Source: an uncultured Hyphomicrobiaceae bacterium
GTDB taxonomy: Bacteria; Pseudomonadota; Alphaproteobacteria; Rhizobiales; CAMYJA01
DNA: 64,000 bases
Direction: 5' to 3'
NCBI GenBank assembly: GCA_947258705.1
Contig: CAMYJA010000002.1
Span: 10,263 to 74,262 of the forward strand
The notes beneath the pieces are model-generated. The model had not been told where the DNA came from, ran no database searches, and saw nothing but the letters and a program-made list of their open reading frames with translations. Positions 40,401-48,737 of this stretch are shown here, in pieces; position 1 is the stretch's first letter, and each line of letters opens with the position of its first letter. The position numbers were made by a program, and so were the translations under genes.

Positions 40401-40679
40401 CTGCCCTTATTCGTTCTGCAGAATAGAGGCGCCTATGAGACGGCGATTAGAAGAAAAATCGAAGAACTCGTAAACGGCTTGGATGCGGGCAATCAAGATG
40501 CAGAGCGTCAGCTCGAAATCTATCAGCAGCATGCGGAAGTGCTCGGCGGGATCGACCGGAGTCTTGGCGATAGCGCACCCTGGGAGCAGCTCGTTCATAG
40601 CCTCAACGACTTTCTGGTCGCGCTCAAGCCGGTCAGGGTCGGGCACGGCGATCAGACCGCCGGGCAGCAAATCAACTAA
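37401..40679 (+). CDS. Large (1092 aa) polytopic membrane protein with an extended coiled-coil region; family not recognised
   Basis: About 5 hydrophobic helices lie in residues 20-195. A long charged heptad-like region follows (..SERKKRLAAQQLEVQRFREQQSTAEGRFRNLKAEKDRRLEIIDRLEKL..). A sixth helix, LAYLALTIALAIDGLVFMSGLFG, lies near residue 590. The ~490-aa C-terminal region contains two similar ~65-aa modules. I found no P-loop or other catalytic motif. Confidence 0.8.
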   Translation: MKKLFDRLWSTLIEEVFTNWRLVLLGLTGLALSVASGWTTWDGMTNFTGNPVLSFLITFGIQGVMLIAAWLIGETFALGLRGSAEGHSGGVFWGLFLLLGIVVLAVFAALMSGPDPAELGRSIFDFGQRWTSTVAGAILLLALIGAVIYGITQKEIIGPYLRGGKIIVQNLPIWVMFVACLATSVFFSFDSLFSTIFPAEERKRAGDIRAQNQVSGILADVETLLKTRQVEARAALFQSAPWSRYDASLDLVQSEARRAPDLISSERKKRLAAQQLEVQRFREQQSTAEGRFRNLKAEKDRRLEIIDRLEKLRPPIVAEVDGLESEVQIKRKALISARADAKAEARGVGNTQRAGRGPKYRELQKVVTRLSIEEELLAEQLRGVKGNLEKLDRQITVARREAEAFSTQIATYGSQADAAKKMLEAGQVDRGRTGEVPNAVSADAFERSRSEFRQNPTRAQFAALQSQCSSLLTALNTVPQLKASVGGVDCEPREANALAARVFDLNQGVENYKTQCGKAASAKFGDVDALIKHGQKCVLLSGLSGADSAAFRSGFNRIELNRDDKAHRFVVSWNAFMDGNRLAYLALTIALAIDGLVFMSGLFGANSLRTPLAEGSGAEGRTAAQLDDLMESALLPDKLFSSDVVLGTLSPSNRQGFAQKINMTELSPDNARIVRNVLNAGSVIGLVVEDENDPDIYFIRRQLFEKISHIRQREIRLTNTVESAPGLRKALEAALLPEHEILANISRVKKFMHPSDEREGFGIEVDLTGADGDTSERVRRVLTTGASHGVVKPHPKIARYGFLIKDEFTNQLIAIREERLKSHGDAADQTLLIDFDRPHDNVDIGFDKGSVTRQLGHENIKALAAPGSVAGRGRGSAVDADPDTGTIMDMPDYDDGGPADDAYQNRTMDLAQEFVERLKLSGLDLATFDTHEARNAIAGLGEALRQIAGLDKQISSIVDSFERDMLMRIKDCGQALKNKYSAHGDFAEPISAISETLREYLPLFVLQNRGAYETAIRRKIEELVNGLDAGNQDAERQLEIYQQHAEVLGGIDRSLGDSAPWEQLVHSLNDFLVALKPVRVGHGDQTAGQQIN

Positions 40680-40798
40680 CCGATTTTTACCGACTGTTGC
40701 ATTTGGGCCAGCCCGCTGCCGCAAATCCTCCCATATTATGGATGACTATATCTCCATTGGTTCACCGCCGGACCAATCAAAGGAGGTATTTTTAAAAA

Positions 40799-42127
40799 AT
40801 GACCATCAAAAAAATTATGGCTGCGCTGGTTGTTCTGGCGTTGTGGCAATGGGCGAGCAACAATGTGGCGCATGCCAGTCAGGTGAGAATGAAGGCCGAA
40901 CCGGGCCAGTCGGTGCTCGAGACCGGCAAAAGCGGCCGGGTGTATTTGCGCATCGACCTTGAAGGCATTCCGATTGCCCGCGAAGAGGACCGCACGCCGG
41001 TCAATGTGGCGCTTGTGCTCGATCGTTCGGGATCGATGCGAGGGCGTAAACTGGCCCAGGCCAAGGATGCGGCCATAATGGCGCTTAACCGGCTCGGCGC
41101 CTCCGATTTCATTTCCGTCGTCGCTTATGACCACAATGTCGACGTTCCCGTTGCGGCCATGCGGGCCACCCGTCTCGGAAGGATCGAGGACCGCATTTCA
41201 TCGCTGCGCGCGGACGGGCGGACCGCACTTTATGCGGGAACCCGTCAGGGCATCCGCGAGGTTCGCAAATTTCTCGATGATGGCCGGGTCAATCGCGTCA
41301 TTCTGCTTTCGGACGGTCTCGCCAATGTCGGCCCAAGAACGCCGGATGAGCTGGGTGCGCTTGGCCGCCGGGCCGCGGAGGAAAGCATATCGATTACGAC
41401 GATCGGTCTCGGACTTGGATATAATGAAGATTTGATGTCGAAGCTCGCTTACAATTCAGACGGCAATCATGCCTTTGTGGAGCGCCCGGGCGATCTCGTC
41501 AAAGTGTTCAATGATGAGTTTGGCGACGTTCTTTCGGTGGTTGCACAGGATGTCATCATCGACATCAAGTGCGAGATTGGTTTCAAGCCGGTGCGTGTTC
41601 TGGGGCGGACCGCTGATATCAAGGGCGACCGCATCAAGCTCAGGCTCAACCAGCTTTATGGCGCTCAGAAAAAATATGTGGTGATCGAGCTTGAACGGGA
41701 CGCCAACAGCGCCCGGTCCCGTTCGCCACTCGCAAATGTCGATGTCTCTTACCGGTCGATGAAGTCTCAGAAGAGAGAGCGCATTACGGCGCAGCCGATG
41801 ATATCCTATAGTGCGAAAAAATCGGAAGTGACGGCCAGCGTCAACAAGGCTGTGATGACCGATGTCGCGACCCAGGTAGCCAATGAAGCGAATGAGAAGG
41901 CGGTCAGCCTGCGCGACGCCGGCAAGGTTGACGATGCACGCAAACTTTTGGAGAAAAACGCGGCCTATCTGAAGCAAAAGGCGGGCGAATACGAGTCCGA
42001 CGCGCTCAATACCCTTGGCAAGAAAAATAGCGATGACGCGAAGAGCCTTACCGGGCAGGCCTGGAGAAAAGCGCGAAAGGCGATGAGGGCTCGGCAATAC
42101 AAGTCAAAAGTTCAGCAGGCCTATTAA
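40799..42127 (+). CDS. Secreted VWA-domain protein (complete MIDAS), YfbK-like VWA plus beta-rich domain and helical tail
   Basis: It has a signal peptide (..ASNNVAHA|SQ). MIDAS residues are LVLDRSGSM, DGRTALYAG and LLSDGLAN. AAAGGAGG lies upstream of the ATG. Confidence 0.85.
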   Translation: MTIKKIMAALVVLALWQWASNNVAHASQVRMKAEPGQSVLETGKSGRVYLRIDLEGIPIAREEDRTPVNVALVLDRSGSMRGRKLAQAKDAAIMALNRLGASDFISVVAYDHNVDVPVAAMRATRLGRIEDRISSLRADGRTALYAGTRQGIREVRKFLDDGRVNRVILLSDGLANVGPRTPDELGALGRRAAEESISITTIGLGLGYNEDLMSKLAYNSDGNHAFVERPGDLVKVFNDEFGDVLSVVAQDVIIDIKCEIGFKPVRVLGRTADIKGDRIKLRLNQLYGAQKKYVVIELERDANSARSRSPLANVDVSYRSMKSQKRERITAQPMISYSAKKSEVTASVNKAVMTDVATQVANEANEKAVSLRDAGKVDDARKLLEKNAAYLKQKAGEYESDALNTLGKKNSDDAKSLTGQAWRKARKAMRARQYKSKVQQAY

Positions 42128-42165
42128 AAGCGTCAAACGGTGCGTTCGCCTATTCAGACAATCTC

Positions 42166-42194
42166 AAGCCCCGTGCCCAACCAGCACGGGGCTT
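42166..42194 (+). terminator. Stem-loop between the VWA and patatin genes (possible weak terminator or attenuator; no U-tract)
   Basis: An 11-bp perfect stem (aagccccgtgc / gcacggggctt) encloses a 7-nt loop. It is followed by acgcgcc rather than a T run. Confidence 0.4.
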
Positions 42195-42300
42195 ACGCGC
42201 CTGTCGTTTGATAGTGCTCCTGAATAATATTGTGCTAAAACAAAATTACGGAGCCCCGGTGATCTTGTCATAAATTGTATTTGCGTTGAGTGGGGGTTGA

Positions 42301-43479
42301 GTGGGACGGTTTTTCATTTCAATTGTGCTGGTGGCAGCCCTGTCGGCATGCGCCGCGACCATTGCGCGAAATCCCGTGCCGAGAACGCTGGTCGACGCTG
42401 CAATACCTCCGGGCTTTGAGAATGTGCGCAGCTGGGGCGATCAGGCGCCTGACAATATAGATGCCATCGTGTCCGAAAAAGTGGCTCAGATGCGTGCCAC
42501 GCGCCCGAAGCTGTTCCGTGCAAGCAATCCGCGCATCGATTATCTGGCGATTTCCGGCGGCGGCAGCGATGGCGCTTTTGGCGCCGGATTGCTGGCCGGG
42601 TGGAGCCGGCGTGGAAATAGGCCCGAATTCGATATCGTGACAGGTGTCAGTACCGGCGCGCTCTCGGCTCCTTTCGCGTTTTTGGGCCGCGAATATGACG
42701 AGCGGCTGCGCGAGATTTACACGCAATACAGCACAAATCAGCTTTTGACAGTTCAATTGTTTGCCGGGATTATCGGCAATGCCGGTGCGATTGCCGATAA
42801 TAGCGGTCTTAAAAAGCTTATCGCTCAATATTTCGACGCCTCCGTTCTTCGTGCGATCGCACGCCAGCATCTTAGAGGGCGCCGGCTTCTCATCGGCACG
42901 ACCAATCTCGATGCGCAGCGGCCGGTTATCTGGGACCTCGGCGCTGTCGCGGTGCGGGGCGGGGCGCGGGGATTGGCTTTGGCGCGCGAAATTCTGCTCG
43001 CCTCCGCATCCTTGCCGGGCGTTTTCCCGCCCGTACTGATCGATGTCGAGGCGGGCGGCAGTCGTTTCAGGGAAATGCATGTAGATGGCGGTCCAACCGC
43101 GGAAGTGTTCTTCCTGCCGGCCGGCATCGAGCTATCGAAATATGCCGCCCGGTTCAGTGGCCGTCCCGAACGCCGCTTGTTCATCATTCGCAACGGCAAG
43201 CTGACTCCTGAATGGGACGTTGTGAAATATTCCACGATCGATATCGCGCGCAGATCGATCACCACATTGACCAAGAGTCAGGGCAATGGCGACCTCTTGC
43301 GCCTCTTTGAGAGCAGCGAGCGAAACGGGATCGACTACAATCTTGTCGCGATCCCGGCCGAATTCACGTTGAAAAACAAAGAAGCGTTTGATCGCGACTA
43401 TATGCTCGCACTATTCGAGCTGGGATACCGCCTCGGAGCCGAAGGGCACGCCTGGAAAAAGCGGCCGCCTGTTAATTGA
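42301..43479 (+). CDS. Patatin-like phospholipase, predicted lipoprotein
   Basis: The lipobox is LSA|C (MGRFFISIVLVAALSAC). The oxyanion motif is ISGGGSDGAFGAG, the nucleophile elbow is GVSTG and the catalytic Asp is in HVDGG. The GTG start follows GGGGG. Confidence 0.85.
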   Translation: MGRFFISIVLVAALSACAATIARNPVPRTLVDAAIPPGFENVRSWGDQAPDNIDAIVSEKVAQMRATRPKLFRASNPRIDYLAISGGGSDGAFGAGLLAGWSRRGNRPEFDIVTGVSTGALSAPFAFLGREYDERLREIYTQYSTNQLLTVQLFAGIIGNAGAIADNSGLKKLIAQYFDASVLRAIARQHLRGRRLLIGTTNLDAQRPVIWDLGAVAVRGGARGLALAREILLASASLPGVFPPVLIDVEAGGSRFREMHVDGGPTAEVFFLPAGIELSKYAARFSGRPERRLFIIRNGKLTPEWDVVKYSTIDIARRSITTLTKSQGNGDLLRLFESSERNGIDYNLVAIPAEFTLKNKEAFDRDYMLALFELGYRLGAEGHAWKKRPPVN

Positions 43480-43922
43480 GCGGGGTCGGTTGTGGCCGTT
43501 ATTCTTTCTATATTTCATGCCGTTGCCTACCCGATACCGTGTCGCCGAACTGCCGGTCTTCGGTCTGCCGCGCCGTGTCGACCGTGTCGACATTGCGGAT
43601 GCCGCCTTGCGCTTTATCCGTGTGCTCATTTGATCGATGCGGTCTGTTGCTTGAAATCAACGCAAAATAAAAAATACAAATAAATTGTGTCGATTCGAAA
43701 GTCGAGGTTGAATCGAGTTGCATTCTTGTGTAGTCGATAGTGTATAGCGGTTTGATCGACCGCTCAGGTCGACCCTTGGAGGTCAATCCGATATGAAGAG
43801 TCGACTTTGGAAAATCGATCACGAGGCGACAGGCGGTCGAGTGAGATTGGCTAACCAAACGCCTTTCAAACCGGTCGTGTCACATTGCTATTATTAGAAG
43901 TGGTTGCGACCTTCGTTTCCAA

Positions 43923-43937
43923 TTAATTTAACTTTAA
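43923..43937 (+). promoter_or_regulatory. TTAA-N7-TTAA motif (CtrA-box pattern) upstream of the yegP-like gene
   Basis: The sequence is TTAAtttaactTTAA, an exact match to the spacing pattern. It lies only about 20 nt upstream of the ATG in AT-rich DNA, so a chance match is quite possible. Confidence 0.25.
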
Positions 43938-43957
43938 GCCCTAGAGAGGGGATAAAC

Positions 43958-44257
43958 ATGGCACTTAAAACTGAGATTTACAAAGACAAGCGCGGCGAAT
44001 TTCGCTGGCGTAAAACCGGCTCCAACGGCAAGATCGTTGGTTCGTCGTCCGAAGGCTACAAAAAGAAAGCCGATGCGGAAGCCAATGCAAAGCGCCGCAG
44101 CAAATCCGACAAGTGGGATTTCTATAAAGACAAACGCGGTCAGTTCCGTTGGCGCCGTACCGCCAGCAATGGCGCTATTGTCGGTGCATCGAGCGAGAGC
44201 TTCAAATCGCGCAAAGGTGCGACCAGCAATGCGGCTCTTATGGGCTACAAGCCGTAA
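43958..44257 (+). CDS. YegP-family protein (tandem DUF1508 repeats)
   Basis: There are two repeats: YKDKRGEFRWRKTGSNGKIVGSSSEGYKKKADAEAN and YKDKRGQFRWRRTASNGAIVGASSESFKSRKGATSN. The RBS is GAGAGGGG. The track ORF starts upstream at 43904. Confidence 0.85.
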   Translation: MALKTEIYKDKRGEFRWRKTGSNGKIVGSSSEGYKKKADAEANAKRRSKSDKWDFYKDKRGQFRWRRTASNGAIVGASSESFKSRKGATSNAALMGYKP

Positions 44258-44309
44258 AGAGTTGATTGGAGCCTTTGACAGGCCCTGATATGAGAATTGA
44301 TAACGATGA

Positions 44310-44346
44310 AGCCGGAACCCGATGACGGGCTCCGGCTTTTTTATTT
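44310..44346 (+). terminator. Rho-independent terminator after the yegP-like gene
   Basis: The stem agccggaaccc / gggctccggct has 10 bp and one mismatch. The loop is 6 nt, followed by TTTTTTATTT. Confidence 0.8.
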
Positions 44347-44352
44347 GTTGTC

Positions 44353-45051
44353 TTATTTGTCGTCCGCCGTGTCAGCCGGTGCGGCCGGAGCGGATGTGCC
44401 GGGCCGCGTTACGCGCCGGAGCGTGAGGTTAAACCGGCCGCCTTCCTCAAGCAGGTTCGATGTGCCTGGCAATATACGGTCGATGCCGTGATAGATCAGG
44501 CGGGCGGGGCCTTGCATGCAAATGATATCGCCTGAATGCAGCATGAGCCGGCTGGTCGGCTGTTTTCTGGCGAGCCCGCCGAGGCGGAACCAGGCATTGT
44601 CGCCCAGCGATATGGACATTATGGGCGCGTCCAGATCCTGTTCGTCATCGTCGCGGTGCAGCCCCATCCGCGAGCCTTCACTATAATAATTGATCAGACA
44701 GGCCTGGGGCGCGGTTTCGTAACCCGTCAATTCGTGCCAGAGCCCGACAAGTCTCCGGGGCATTGGCGGCCAGTCCGTGCCGGTCTCCGGGTGATGGCGC
44801 TGGTATCGGTAGCCGCCATCCTTGTCGGAAACCCAGCCCAATTGTCCACAATTGCTCATGCGGACGGAAAGAGGCTTGCCGCTGCGGGGCATGGTAGGGG
44901 CGAAAAGTGGCGCCAGACGCAGAACATCGCGAATTTCCGCCATCAGAGCCTTTTGTTCTCCCTGATCGAGGGCATCAGGGTAATAGTTGACGCCCGGGCG
45001 CTGTTTAACAGGTGTTCGTGGGGTGCCCCGCTCCTTCCTGATGGTGTTCAC
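44353..45051 (-). CDS. alkB: Alpha-ketoglutarate/Fe(II)-dependent DNA repair dioxygenase AlkB
   Basis: It has the HxD motif (LHRDDDE), a distal His (IYHGIDRI) and RFNLTLRRV (RxNxTxR). The GTG at 45051 follows GGAGAGG and is preferred over the track start at 45117. Confidence 0.85.
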   Translation of the reverse strand: MNTIRKERGTPRTPVKQRPGVNYYPDALDQGEQKALMAEIRDVLRLAPLFAPTMPRSGKPLSVRMSNCGQLGWVSDKDGGYRYQRHHPETGTDWPPMPRRLVGLWHELTGYETAPQACLINYYSEGSRMGLHRDDDEQDLDAPIMSISLGDNAWFRLGGLARKQPTSRLMLHSGDIICMQGPARLIYHGIDRILPGTSNLLEEGGRFNLTLRRVTRPGTSAPAAPADTADDK

Positions 45052-45137
45052 TTGGCCTCTCCGTTCATGATTGATGCATCTTATCGTGCTTATTTCGCCA
45101 AAGTTGCAGAATATCAAGAATAACTGCCAATCGCATG

Positions 45138-45166
45138 TTGCAGCGCTATATCTGGACCCCTATATA
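45138..45166 (+). promoter_or_regulatory. Candidate RpoH (sigma32) promoter of dnaK
   Basis: The sequence TTGCAG-N13-CCCCTATAT resembles the sigma32 consensus CTTGAA-N13/14-CCCCATNT. It lies about 130 nt upstream of the dnaK ATG. Confidence 0.5.
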
Positions 45167-45294
45167 ACCGTGGAAGACAACTCACATTGTGAACGAACAA
45201 CTCTAGAAACCGCATGCCAGGTTCAGCGATTGGGACTTGTGGAGATCGAGTGCTTTCGAGACTCGGGCGGTTTGCTGCAGAAGAGAGGTAAAAA

Positions 45295-47211
<1,917 letters not shown>

Positions 47212-47592
47212 CCGCGCTTTCGCGATTACCGCGTTTGATGCGTTTGTCAAAAGAGACGGAACCAACCGGTGGTGTCGGGGCGCGGCTTGATCGACGTCCC
47301 GGCACGCCATCCGGTCTTTTCGGCGATTTGGCGGCTCGGTTTACCGGGGACATGATGGGCAGGCTGAATATTGAACAGGGTTTGCAGGGTTTGAGGCTGG
47401 CGCTTCGGTTTGTCCTCATTAATCGGCGCCTTGCCGGGGCAGTTCTAAATATGTTGAGAGACTTACAACCCTCTGAAATACGTGAGACTTCTGGTTTCAA
47501 AACTGATAAGGGTGGCGGAATTGATCACGGGCCGTAAACGGGGCCGCACCACTCGCTTGATCTTACGTGATTCATACGGTTAAGACATTTCC

Positions 47593-48729
47593 ATGGCAAA
47601 ACGCGATTATTACGAAACACTTGAAATCCAGCGAAACGCGAGTGATGAGGACGTAAAATCCGCATTCCGCAAGCTCGCCAAGAAATATCACCCTGACCGC
47701 AATCAGGACGACGATTCGGCCGAAGCCAAGTTCAAGGCGGTCAACGAAGCCTATGAAGTTCTGAAAGATTCGCAAAAACGGGCGGCCTATGACCAGTTCG
47801 GCCATGCCGCTTTTGATGGCGGTCCCGGCGGCCATGGTTTCGGCAACGACTTTTCCTCGTCCATGTCGGATATCTTCGATGACCTCTTTGGGGATTTCAT
47901 GGGCGGCGGGCGCCCGGGCGGCCGGCGTGGAACCGGGCGCGAGCGCGGCAGCGACCTCAGATATAATATGGAAATATCGCTGAGCGACGCCTTTAAGGGC
48001 AAGTCGGCGAAGATCACGGTGCCATCCAGCGTCAGTTGCGAAACCTGTTCGGGCAGCGGCGCAAAGGCGGGAACCTCGCCTACGCGCTGTCAAACCTGCG
48101 GTGGCATGGGCAAGGTCAGGGCCAGCCAGGGATTTTTTACAATCGAGCGCACCTGTCCAAATTGCCATGGACGTGGCGAGGTTATCGATAGTCCCTGTGA
48201 AGACTGTCAGGGCAGTGGACGGGTCATGCGCGAGCGCAAATTAAGCGTCAGCATTCCTGCCGGTGTCGAGGACGGAACGCGCATCCGGCTGGCTGGCGAA
48301 GGCGAAGCGGGAATGCACGGCGGACAGTCCGGCGATCTTTATATATTTCTTTCCATCCAGCCGCATGAATTTTTCCAGCGTGATGGCGCGGATATCTTCT
48401 GCCGGGTGCCGATCGCCATGACCACGGCTGCACTTGGCGGAAAAATCGAAGTCCCCACAGTGGATGGCGGCCGTACGCGGGTGACTATACCCGCAGGCAC
48501 TCAGGCGGGAAAACAGTTCCGCCTGGGGAAAATGGGTATGCCCGTCCTGCGCTCGAAGATGAGGGGGGACATGTATATTCAGGTGGAAGTCGAAACGCCA
48601 AAAAGCCTCAACACCAAACAAAAAGAATTATTGCGCGACTTCGAGGACGCTTCGAGCGAAAAGACAAATCCTGAATCATCGGGCTTTTTCGCTCGCGTCA
48701 AAGAGTTCTTCGACGGAAAATCAGACTGA
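47593..48729 (+). CDS. dnaJ: Molecular chaperone DnaJ
   Basis: It has a J-domain with KYHPDRN, a G/F-rich region and four CxxCxGxG zinc-finger repeats. Confidence 0.97.
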   Translation: MAKRDYYETLEIQRNASDEDVKSAFRKLAKKYHPDRNQDDDSAEAKFKAVNEAYEVLKDSQKRAAYDQFGHAAFDGGPGGHGFGNDFSSSMSDIFDDLFGDFMGGGRPGGRRGTGRERGSDLRYNMEISLSDAFKGKSAKITVPSSVSCETCSGSGAKAGTSPTRCQTCGGMGKVRASQGFFTIERTCPNCHGRGEVIDSPCEDCQGSGRVMRERKLSVSIPAGVEDGTRIRLAGEGEAGMHGGQSGDLYIFLSIQPHEFFQRDGADIFCRVPIAMTTAALGGKIEVPTVDGGRTRVTIPAGTQAGKQFRLGKMGMPVLRSKMRGDMYIQVEVETPKSLNTKQKELLRDFEDASSEKTNPESSGFFARVKEFFDGKSD

Positions 48730-48737
48730 GAACCCAG

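Noticed and set aside
43480-43957. I considered a replication origin (oriC-like) for this AT-rich, motif-dense intergenic region with a CtrA-box pattern.
   Set aside because: There is only one weak DnaA-box-like sequence (TTATCCGTG at about 43613). There is no cluster of DnaA boxes and no hemE, dnaA or parAB context. The evidence is insufficient, so I kept it only as an unexplained motif array.
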